NCBI GenBank assembly: GCA_032718475.1
Contig: JAUCBJ010008445.1
Span: 1-54,286 of the forward strand
Direction of reading: 5' to 3'
Source: Nemertoderma westbladi
Lineage: Eukaryota; Animalia; Xenacoelomorpha
Length of the DNA: 54,286 nucleotides
The notes under the pieces: model-generated
What the model was told of the DNA's origin: nothing
Database searches by the model: none
What the model saw: only the letters and a program-made list of their open reading frames with translations
Program-made: the position numbers and the translations under genes
Shown here: positions 12,760 through 23,822 of the stretch, piece by piece
Position numbering within the stretch: the stretch's first letter is position 1
Layout: the number at the start of each line of letters is the position of its first letter

Positions 12760-13708
12760 CTGGTACTATTGCTTTAGTAGGATGGGGCTGAGGTTCTCGC
12801 GTCATCTCGACATGAGGTATCTGTAGTCTCTGCAACAAACGCTGAGCAAAGGTGATACTATCGACGAGCTCGGGTGTCATCTCCTTAGGTTCGGTTTGAT
12901 CGTGGGATATCCAGTAAAATGGTAGGCTCGCGAGCCTTCCGCCGAACTCCTCGATCTCACCTTTCTCGTACACCTTGTACGCCCTGTAGAGGCTCAAAGC
13001 TTCCCGTTTCTCTTGTGTCGACTTGTTAGACTCATCCACTACCATATTGTAGACGTCTGGTTCGACTAATTTGGGTTCGTAAATAACGATCTCACCCGCA
13101 TTCGGTCCACTCATCTTGAACGAATGGTACGGATTCGTCAAAGGGTATCCGCCTTCTTGGTAACGCAGACTTTGGTGGTATGAGCATTGTGCTAATATTG
13201 GCTCGGGGTTCTCCGAGTTTAATCGCATAGGAATCGCGTTGTCTTGCTCGCGCATACATGCTCCACATTTGTAAAACAGTTTATATATGGAGAACGCGTC
13301 CTTTGTCCCTTTGGCTCCTCGAGCGCGTCTATAAAGATGCATTCCTTCAAATTCGTCCCTGGCTGCAGGCAAGGGTTCGTTCGCCGTCAAATATTGCAGC
13401 ATATGATATAATCGGCGTATCTCCGTGTCTGGATCCTCGCAAATGTCACTGGCGTCGCATAACGCATCGTAGGGATACAACGCATTAAACTCCGCGCATA
13501 ATTCCTCCGCTCTTTTGTTATAAGCGTCCAATCTCTGTCGCGTAACATTCGGGTCCGCCTTGGATTTAGCAAGCTTGGCTGTACTCCTAGCCATACTCTC
13601 CACTCCAAACACGCTAAAGTTTTTAGCTCCATAATGATTAAACAGCGCCTGGTGCTCCTGTTCCTGCGTAAACCCCTGACGTAACTCCTTATAAATCTTC
13701 TCCGCCAT
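12605..13708 (-). CDS. Element B accessory ORF, N-terminal part (367 aa, unknown domain + CxxC..CxxH)
   Basis: ATG-started ORF downstream of pol on the same strand. Homologous to C ORF 29551-30627. Probably joined to 11986-12759 across a frameshift. Confidence 0.7.
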   Translation of the reverse strand: MAEKIYKELRQGFTQEQEHQALFNHYGAKNFSVFGVESMARSTAKLAKSKADPNVTRQRLDAYNKRAEELCAEFNALYPYDALCDASDICEDPDTEIRRLYHMLQYLTANEPLPAARDEFEGMHLYRRARGAKGTKDAFSIYKLFYKCGACMREQDNAIPMRLNSENPEPILAQCSYHQSLRYQEGGYPLTNPYHSFKMSGPNAGEIVIYEPKLVEPDVYNMVVDESNKSTQEKREALSLYRAYKVYEKGEIEEFGGRLASLPFYWISHDQTEPKEMTPELVDSITFAQRLLQRLQIPHVEMTREPQPHPTKAIVPVARPTSFPISIPTREETTYEIPYRRTPGDHFEPGFPPIGYLWLCVRVSRVA

Positions 13709-14447
13709 TATATACGCGTATATATGGTTACATATCGTTACGTTTCTACTAGATGAAGCACAAAATAAAGGTTAGATGTGAGGAGACTTAGAGTTTGTCG
13801 GCTTTTGGCTCAACTTTGCTCTAAAACTCCTACCCATTTGCCTAATGACTTCGGGTTCGCGTGATTTCGCACTGGCTCCTAATCCAAAAAAATGTGCCGA
13901 TAAAAAACGAATTCCGGGTAAACTAGCCGCGAGTCTAAAATACTCACCTTTTAATTTCCCAAACTACATTCCCAAAGAAAGTAGTGCAGTCGAGAATTAA
14001 TTTGGTCTAAATAATAGTAGACACGACTACATAGAACAAGGCCGATTTTCTTTTCCAAAAAAAATTTATCGGTAGGCTCGCAAGCCTTCCATCCGCTCTT
14101 GTCCTCCCCAATTTTAATTTTTATCTAGTTGTATTCTAGAATTCGCATTCACTGGAGAATCATTTTTCTTAAATTTAAATCCAACTAAATGGATTTGTCT
14201 AATAATTTTTGAAAAATTGTCTCACTTGTGGGTTCCAAGTAGAATTCCATTCCTACTGTACACACCATCCCGCTCCTATGTGATACATAAGGGTACTACC
14301 CTCCATGTTCACATATAAAGACAATGGAATTCCACCGCTGTCTCTATCTACAGTGAAGAGGATTACAAATGCACATACAGTAATACAAAATACTAAATTA
14401 CTAAAATACGGTAAGTCTATGTGGTGGCCATCAAGGGTTCCACATCT

Positions 14448-17400
14448 CTATTTACTAAGGTTGGGTGGAGATTTGTAATCTCCTGTCTCGTTTCTAGTCT
14501 CCTCAAGGAGCACGAGACGTTGTACAGGCCTATCTACGGTACGTCCGTCGATAGTCCGTACAGTAACTGTCCTTACTACACCAGATGTAGGGTGTGTGGT
14601 CAAAATGACTCCAGTCAGCCAAAACCGTCTTTTCAGATTGGCTTCAGCCAATAAAACATGGTCACTGCGTCTCAAACATCGGGTATTAAGATACCAAGAG
14701 GTTCTGGTCGAAATAGAGGGCAAATAATGCTTCTGCCATATTTCCCAGAATTTGTTGGCTATCAGCTGAGTGATTTTCCAAGCTTTGTTGCCGTATCCGT
14801 CGCTATCGACAGGTACCGAAGTGGGCAACAATGTCGTCGGTGCCTGCATAAGCAGGTGCGCTGGTGTCAAGGCAAACTGTGCATCGTTATTGTCTGGGAT
14901 CAAAGCAATCGGTCTAGTGTTCAAAACCGCTAACTCGATTTCTATTAACAACGTCGTCAGTTGGTCGTCTGTTAATATGTGTTGCGTCGGTATTACTTTT
15001 GCCATAGCCGTCTTGATTGAGCCAATCAGCCTTTCCCAAACGCCGCCTCTCCACGGACTGTCAGGAGTGTTAAAGTTCCAAACAATACGGTGAGGACGTA
15101 GTTCCTCGGAAATCTGGTCTTGGTCCAACTTCCTTAAAGCTCTGGTTATTTCATTCCGTGCACCCACAAAGTTAGTCCCTTGGTCGCAATAAATGGATTT
15201 GACCAATCCACGTCTAGCGATAAATCACCGTAAGGCTAGGATAAAGGCGTTGGTGGTCAAGTCTGTCACACGCTCAATATGGACAGCTCTGCTGGCCATG
15301 CAAGTGAAGATTAATCCCCAATGTTTTACCTGTACCCTTCCGCGTTTCGCGATTATGGGTCCAAAACAGTCTATCCCTGTCTCAGTGAAAGGGGGTCTAA
15401 AAGCCTGTAATCTTGTTAGTGGTAGTTCACTCATTTCTTGGTGTCCTATCCTCGCGTGCACCTTCTTACAAATTATACAGTTCCGTGTTACCGAACTCAG
15501 TGCCTTGCTAGGCCTAATCAGTACAAACCTCGATCGTAAGTGTGATAGGCAGTGATGTCTACCCACGTGTTTGAGTCGTACATGTGCGTCCAGTATCATA
15601 GCGCGCTGTAATTCATGGTGTTGCAGTATGATGATAGGATATCTAAAGTCAAGTGCAAAGTCAATGTTCTGGAGTCTGGACTTGTGACAAAGTAAGCCCC
15701 TGTAAATAATCGGACTCCAACTCAAAATCGGTGAAGACTTGATCTGTTTACCCTGATTGATCGCTGTGAACTCTCGTGCGAAATATTGCAATTGATAATG
15801 TCGAATAATATCAACTTCACAATGACCAACTTCCTCTAAGGTAAGTCTTGTAGGAAAGTCGCGTTTGCCTCTGGCATATTGTCTCAAACGTTTGAGCCAT
15901 GCTAACTTGCAGCATGCGTCAGTCCATGATCTAGTTAGGTTTACTATCCTGTCAACGTAAGTGTTAGTGACGTCATCAGGTGAGGTATAGTCGTAATGTG
16001 GATACTTGTTTGGACTTGGTAGGCCCGCGGGCCTTCCAGTAGGTGTCTCCCTTTGTACAATAGGTTTGTCTGAGTCCTCAAGTATGTCAATCTCCATGGT
16101 CTTACCTCTACCGTCCGCACCTAGAGAATTGACTGGCAGTAACGGTTTCAACTCTACAGTCCTAGTGTGTTCCTGTGAGCTTGTAAGCTTCCTAACCTTA
16201 GTCACACGTTTACCTGTAGGTGGTAAGTCAAGTATTTTCTTTGAGCGGAGTGTGATCGCTGTGGCCACACCTTCGTTGTCCAAAGAAGTCAAATTCGGTA
16301 AGTTGTTAATACCTAATGGGTGTGTACTAGTCCGCTCCAATGAATTCATTGCGTCCTTACAGTACACATCGTTTCTTTCCAATTGTTTATCTAATGGAAA
16401 GTCTAGTAGACAGTCTGGTGAGGCATCCGGTGAACAGTCTGGTGAGACGTCTAGTGAGACATAGCGCGGAAATTCCGGCGAAATGTCCTGTCGTCGGTCC
16501 CAAAGAAAGTCTGGCATAGCTTCTGTCAGAAAGTCTGGTCTAAAGTCTGGTGGACAGTCTGTCGAGATGTCTGGTGGAAAGTCTGGTGAAACGTCCGGTA
16601 GACAATCCGTCGAGAGTTCCATAAAACAATCTGGCGAACAATCCGGAGAATAATCTGGTGTCGCTTCTGGTGAATAATCTGGCGAGTCATCTGGTGAACA
16701 ATCCGGCGAAACGTCTGGTGAAATCTCCCGCGGAACATCCGGTGAAAGATTCATATGAGCATCTGGTCGAGATTCTGGTGAGACGTCTGGCGTAATGTCA
16801 GGTCTAGCGTCCAGGTCGTCAGATTTCGTCCATCCTTGTTTCCTCTTGACCTTGGCGTTGGCTTTCGCTTTAGATTTGACAACTGTGTCAATTTTTATCT
16901 CGGCACCCTCCGGTATGGTATTGGTTGTATCGAATAACGGTGGCCACAACGGTGGTTTACAAAAGTTGATTGGTAGCATCCCCCGTGATGCGATGTCAGC
17001 TGGGTTCAGCTTCCCTGGACAGTGACGCCAATCTTGTTTGAGCGACCGGTCCAATATTTCAGCCCGTCTGTTGGCTACGAAAGTCTTGAACTCAAATGCT
17101 TCGTTGTTTATGTACCAAAGTACCAACGTCGCATCCGTCCAATATGTGACCTTCAAGTTAGCCTCCAGCTCGCGTTGAACTAGACTGACAATATCGGTGG
17201 ATATCGTCCCGGCTTGCAGCTCTCCACGAGGTACAGTCATATACTTCAACGGCATTGTTCTAGCCCTAGAAGTAACGAGAGACACATCGTAGCTGTCCGA
17301 TGTCACTTGTCGTCTAAGGTATAAGGTAACCCCCAATCCATCCTTGCTAGCGTCACTAAAGCTGTGAAGCTCTAAATCGGCAGGAAAGGTGGTCTGCAAA

Positions 17401-19314
17401 GGAAAGTATACCCTTGGTATGGTATAGTCTTGTAGGAACGTCAGTTAGGCTTCCCAGTCCCTCCATTGCTCAGCTAACTTTTCTGGGATGGGATCGTCCC
17501 ATTCCAGTCCGGATTGCCAAATGCTGCGGAGTATGATCCTAGCATGTAGGATCACTGGACTAATGAAACACAATGGGTCATACAATCGACTCATGGTCGA
17601 TAAGCAAGTCCTCTTAGTGAGAGGTCTAGTCTGGTCATTGGACCTTACACGTACCCTAAATTTGTCGGTGTTAGGGTCCCAACTAAGTCATAATACTTTG
17701 GTCGTAGGTAGAGGTTCTAGGTCTAAGTCTAAATCTCCTCCACTGCGATCAGTCGGGTCGAATGAGTTCACTAGTTCGGGTTCATTGGAAGCGAACTTCT
17801 TAAGGCGGAATCCGCCCTCAGCGAGACAATCCTGGAGTTGGTGTGCTACGGTTGTAGCGCGCTCCAGAGTGTCACAACTCTTGAGGCCGTCATCCACGTA
17901 GAAATCTCGTTCCACTGTCCGAGCTACTTCTGGGTAAAATTGGTCTTGTCTGTCTAGTGCTGTTTGCTTTAAGGCGTACATGGTGCAGTTGGGGCTGTCC
18001 CTGGCTCCGAAAACTCTTACCTGCATTTGGTAAGTTTCTGGCGGAAGTTCTAAATATCCGTCCAGATACCAAAGAAACCTCAAGCTGTCCCTGTCCCGCT
18101 CCAAAGCCTTAACCTGGTGAAACATGGCCTCTACGTCACAGGTGAAAGCCACTTTGCGTTGTCTAAAACGCATTAGGACTCCCATGAGGTAATTATTCAT
18201 ATTCGGCCCGTCCATCAGTTCGCTGTTCATAGACATCCCTTGGTAAAGCGCAGCGCAGTCGTTGACTACACGCACATTTCCAGGTTTGTCCGGGTGTCGA
18301 ACAAAATGATGTGGCAGGTAATATGTCTGATCTGTGGTTACCTCGGGATTTAACATCCTAATGGCGTATCCGTTTTGGAGATACGTCTGAAGTTGCGCAT
18401 TGTATTGCATATGGGCCATTTCATCAAGCAACAATCGCTGCCTTATTGATTTGAGTCGCCTCAAAGCAAGCGGGTAGTTGTTAACGAGATTAGGTTGTCC
18501 ATTGCGCTACAACATGCCAACCTTGTAGTGGCCATTCGCGGTCTGGCGAATGGTATCCCTCATAATATTTAATGACCGTTTTTCCTGTTCTGACATAGCG
18601 GTCTCGTAACTACCGGGTTCTGCTGAGTCCTGTTCTAACCATTGAATGGTCCGTTCAGTCAGCAGTTGGTCAAGCGCTGCTTGCACTGCGCCATGGTCCT
18701 CGTCCACGTCTTCGTCCGCTGTGGTGGCTAGTGTCAATGTGTCTGGTAGGCTCACAAGCCTTCTGGTGTCACTAGTCAGCGTCGAATCGTCTTGTGGCGG
18801 TTTGACAACCTTCTGATCTGTCGGTAGGCTTGCAAGCCTTCCTAGATCAACCACCGGTGTCGAAGCCTGGTGGGTGGGGTCAATGACCTTCGGATTTTTC
18901 GGTAGGCTCGCAAGCCTTCCAAAACCCTCGTTCCCCAGCAACAACACTTTGGTCTTCAGTAGTCAATACAACCTGGTTTACTGCAAGTAGTTGTAAGTCA
19001 GAGGTCCGTGTGGTCGTGTCCAGATCAGTTACGTCAGTATCAGTTACGTCTGCATTTGCGACGCAAGTCTGTCGTAGTGCAGTCTGTACAATTGGACCAT
19101 AGGAGTGTGAAGGAGAATTATCTATCGTAGTAGTCAATAAACTACACGTACTCAAAACGTCGTCCTCCTGGTCACTTACCTCTAGTGAACGCACTGGTGC
19201 TCTAGTATACCAACCTATGGGAGTTCTACATGCGTAGGGGTTGCCCGCTGTAATAACAGATGGGCGTGTCTCCCATACCTGATGTAAGTTAAACTGGTCT
19301 GTCCCAATTAACAT
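14448..19314 (-). pseudogene. pol: Element B pol (end of PR region, RT, RNase H, integrase) with a few stops and frameshifts
   Basis: YYLPHHFV, RDFYVDDG, ELHSFSDAS, WRHCPGKLNPADIASRG, HHCC zinc domain, TGIDCFGP, CDQGTNF, GGVWERLIG. Confidence 0.92.
16400..16810 (-). repeat. In-frame 12-bp (xSPD-like) tandem repeat in the RNase H-integrase linker of B
   Basis: Translates as PDVSPDCSPDDSPDYSPEATPDYSPDCSPD... within ORF 15225-17399. Confidence 0.85.
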
Positions 19315-19563
19315 CGCGATTGAGCGATAATTAACAATTCCAATAACGATCCTAAATTTACAAACTATGAATAGTAAATTACAGATAAATTCTGCCTAAA
19401 AGTAATTTAAGTAAAAGTAAAAGTAATGTTCAGAAGTTTACAGTATATTTACAGTTTTACAAAGATTTATCAAACAGATCTAAAGAGTTATAACAAATAA
19501 AGTTCTAAGCAAGAGAAATGGTAACTAGAAACAAGTTCTAGGATAACAAGAGTAAGTGAAGTA

Positions 19564-20771
19564 TGTAAAGGCTTTTGCGGATCTAACTAGTTATTTTCCC
19601 CGCAAAGTACTCTGTAGGTGTTTTAACGGACATAAAAAGCCATTTCCTTACTGTACCGGTGTTTTAGTGGACATAAAAGCCATTTCTTCTATATGTGTAC
19701 TTTAGCGGACATAACTAACTGTGTACTTTAGCGGACATAACTAGCGATCGTATGTCGCAATAGCCAAAATCCTCTTGACACAGTGTAGTTACTATGACGA
19801 CGGCTAACAGCTGATCTGTACACGTGGAGCTTTTCCTTTGTTCTCTGTCGTTTCTTTGTTCGGTCGACCAATCAGAGCGTTTTTTGACTCTGTGTTGGAG
19901 GTTGTATACAGTAACTCATGAATTGAGTCAGTATGTGCATTTTGTCCTGAGCCCAGAAGACCGGCTTTGGAATCTCTGTGTTTTCAGTCTTTAGCCCAAC
20001 ATTAGTAGGCTTAATTATAGAACGTATATCTGTTATCTTACTTACAAACCAATTCATACCATACCAAACCACATAACCATTCATACCTTAACATTTGTAC
20101 TGCTATTTACTGTCGGTTATTCATTATATCAGTTGATGGAATATTATTATATTTGGAATACCGATAAATAATTACAAAACCCTCAATCTTCTTGATATAC
20201 TGAAGGTAAGAGAGACCGGTTACATATAACGATTGCGACTTACATTAAAGTGGTTTTGAAGTGAATCTAATGCTATTTCATAGGCACTACATGTATCGGT
20301 CATTGTTCTCTTTATATGTGACTAAAATTAGTGAAGGTCGGCAGATCGGTGTGCAGCATTGTGCAGTAGTGTGTATGGTATGATTGTGACTGATAACAAA
20401 GCATCTCCTAAAGAATGCGCCATATATGTGAATCCATAGCCATCCCGTTGTGTCTAGTTTAAGTCATAATTCTGTTTACATATTTAGAGCGCCACGTCCT
20501 AAAGGAACTGTTAATATTTCCTGAAAGTGAATAATATTTGTCAGAGATTATATATTACGATCAGTCGAATAATACAGTAGGCCTACACCGCAATAAGGTT
20601 AGGCTTCTGAATCCAGTCTCCCGGGTATATCCAGCGGGTGAATGGTCGCGCATAGACTGGCTTCGGCTAATGTAGTGTATCAAATACTCGTCATAGGCTA
20701 AAGTCGATTTATTATCTAGAAGACATCCAAATTTGGCAGGTTAAACTGCTAAAGGTCTAAAAGCGCGAACA
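19564..20771 (+). repeat. 5' LTR of element C
   Basis: Direct repeat of 31153-32355 with only scattered substitutions and one 5-bp indel. Confidence 0.95.
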
Positions 20772-21050
20772 ATAACAGATATAGCTTCTGTATTGCGGTA
20801 GGCAATAAAGCTGAAGTACCGGTCAACCGGTACCTAGTAGGCCTGACTACCTAACCACCCGGACCGGTACCTACAGCAGTACAGGTACAGCAGTATTATT
20901 CGATTTTGATAATTATATACCGGTAGGCCTTAATAATTAATCAGGGACTGCAGCCCTGTTTTTTTATTGAAATTTTACTTATTTCTGTCAGTTTTATTTA
21001 CTTGTAGGTTAATATTGAGCAGAAGACGTGTAAGCCTGCCCAGATTGTAC

Positions 21051-21630
21051 AGATAATTTGTAGGCTGGACTGTTGTCTGACTGTTGTTAAGTCTGAAGGG
21101 ACTGTAGTGTGTGTAGAGCGTATGTCCGAAAAAGTACTAGTTAGGAAAGTAGGGGCTTCCAGTGCTGTGAGGTAAACCCCCTCGAAAGAATAAGTCGTAC
21201 TACTCGGTTAGAACGCATACTAACTAACCATTTCGGAGTCTGCATATACTGTAGTTTATTTAGGCTTGATAGTAGTCTGCCAGCGTTTGGTTTGTACTTT
21301 GTTTGTGTAGTCTGTACTGGTAGCGTAATATTTCTTATTTAGATAATTTGTAGGCTGGATTTTGTCTGGCTGTTGTTAGGTCTGAAGAGATTTCGGTGTG
21401 TGTAGAGTGTATGTCCGATAAAGTGCCAGTTGGGAACATAGGGGCTTCCAGTGCTGTGAGGTAAACCCCCTCGAAAGAATAAGTCGTACTACTCGGTTAG
21501 AACGCATACTAACTAACCATTTCGGAGTCTGCATATACCGTAGTTTGTTTAGGCTTGATAGTAGTCTGTCAGCATTTGGTCTGCATTTTGTTTGAGTAGT
21601 CTGTACACGTAGCGTAATATTTATTATTCA
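21051..21630 (+). repeat. 290-bp tandem duplication in the 5' leader of C
   Basis: agataatttgtaggctgga... begins at 21051 and again at 21341, with a long identical core. Confidence 0.9.
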
Positions 21631-22952
21631 GAGTTTATGCGATTATTCGCAACATTCATATCCCCAAGTTTATTCCTACAGTAATTGTGCTTGTTATACA
21701 TACCGTTATAGTTAAATTAACCCCGGTACTACATCAGGGCTGCTTGGCGTAGGTAAAGACTGGTGATTTTGTGCCCCGGTCACTCCAGCAGATACCGTGG
21801 TTCTTTTAGCCGTTCAAGTATTTTAACTACTGATTATTTGTTGTATAAGTACTTGTACCTAATTTAGGGTTTAGTGTACAGTGCTTTCCGAAGGTAATTA
21901 GTGTAGGCAGTATATTTGTGTTGTAAAGTGGTTAATAGGCACGTTGGTTCTGGTAGACCGCGGTAATTAACTTCTAGGTAGGAACACTCCGTGATACATA
22001 ACGTAGTACTTATAGCGATACGGCTATAAGTCGTCAGACGGTGGTATTTTTCTTATCTGGACAACGCAGTATATTTACTACTGCTTTATTATTTTCAAAT
22101 ACCGTAGTACTCTGTCCGTTGTAATAACCAGATAATCTAACCCTTTGTTAGGCTGGTTTGTAGACTTCTTGTAAAATTACCCTAAAAATTCGTACGTGTA
22201 ATTTTGTGTTTATTTAGAGATTGTAATCTCACCCCGAATTGTATGTAATTTGTAGTATTAAGTAACTTAGGTAAATTAGAATTATTTGTTTTAGTGTCCA
22301 ACAAGTAGCACTTCACTGAGAGCGTACAGCTTCTGTGTAGTGACTCTTTCCCAGAAATAATAACATTTATTTCAAATATTGACAAAACCCATTAAAACGG
22401 GTATATATATTATAAATCAACTCAAACCGATTTATAAAATAGTAGGCCTGTCATACAACAATTAGGTCTCAATATCAGTTGGACTACTGCTTAAATAACG
22501 GTAATAAAGTAAGTTAAAGTAACCAAGTAACCCCTAAAATTCAGAAATTCAATTATTCTAAAATAATTGTATACCGGTATTCACGATAGGCCTACTATAT
22601 ATTTATAAATTTAGGCTGAAATTATACCGGTATTCTGTAATTAATTCTAGTTCATAATTATACTTATATATACTATAAGTATAAGCTGTATACCGGTATT
22701 CACGATAGGCCTATTATATATTTATATATACTTGTGCTGAAATTACATACCGGTATTCTGTGACAAATCTAGTCTGTGATAATACTTATATATATATACT
22801 ATAACCATACCGGTATTCTAATATATTATATATATATTACGCTACACTGAGTAGCAGTATCGGTAATTAATTACTAGGCTAACAGTGATACTGAATTACT
22901 AGACTTGCTTAAACTGTAATATAGCAGTAGGCATTCAACTGTACAAACAAAC

Positions 22953-23822
22953 ATGTCTGACACAAAGCAAAACCTGTCAGACAGTCTCCTAGATACAACC
23001 ATCTGTGACCCAGACAGGAGTGTGGAACGTGTGAGACCGAAGTTCAATTCACCTCCTACTGTAAGAAAGATCATCCCTCTGGTAGTAATATCAGACCCTA
23101 GGCTAGTCCAACACCGTAGGTCTATCATAGGCACTCAAGCTCAGGTCAAGCGGGACCAAGAAGCAGCGGAACAGCAACAACCCGCGAGCCGAGAACTTAT
23201 TTCTCAGCGGCCCGACAGCTCCAGTAGTGCGGATACTGTAGAGCTGACACCCGAGTGTGGAGCAAAGATGGCAGATGCGGTTTATTCGGATCCCCTTCTC
23301 ATCCTTCCTGCAGCCGTACTCACTAGAGTATTGATTGCGGTGGAGGAACACCAGATTGATTGGGCGAGAAGTAAGCGATCGACCAAGGATAGTTATGCGG
23401 GATACACAAGGGAAGAACTGAAGTCTATTGTCGAGTCGCAATGGAACTTCCCCGGACCCGGACTCCCGTTTGACTTATCGGAGGCTGCCTGGGAAGACAT
23501 ACACAGGATGGGAGTGACAAAGGAAACCAGCGATCCAGCTGTGTGGAAGAGGTCCGCAGCAGGATACGTACAGGGATTCTTCAGCTCTATGGAGCGATTA
23601 GAGGAACAGCTGTTTAGACAACCCCAAGGACCTCAAGAGCAGGGAGAGCTGCTTTATCAAGTTAGAGAAAGAATTCTAAGAATCAGACTAATCTTATCAG
23701 CCTTTGAGGAGGCTTCGAAAAGAAGACAAGACACGTCGTTGCAAGTTGCCGTAAAGACTTGGCCGTCAGCGAGTGAGTCTCAAAGTTCAAGGAACTGCCC
23801 AGTGGAAATCTCAGCTGGCTGA
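22953..23822 (+). CDS. Element C upstream ORF (289 aa), probably the Gag N-terminus offset by a +1 frameshift
   Basis: ATG-started ORF overlapping the long gag ORF by 50 nt. No recognisable domain. Confidence 0.55.
   Translation: MSDTKQNLSDSLLDTTICDPDRSVERVRPKFNSPPTVRKIIPLVVISDPRLVQHRRSIIGTQAQVKRDQEAAEQQQPASRELISQRPDSSSSADTVELTPECGAKMADAVYSDPLLILPAAVLTRVLIAVEEHQIDWARSKRSTKDSYAGYTREELKSIVESQWNFPGPGLPFDLSEAAWEDIHRMGVTKETSDPAVWKRSAAGYVQGFFSSMERLEEQLFRQPQGPQEQGELLYQVRERILRIRLILSAFEEASKRRQDTSLQVAVKTWPSASESQSSRNCPVEISAG

Noticed and set aside
12605-13708. env gene
   Set aside because: No evident signal peptide, transmembrane anchor or fusion-protein pattern.
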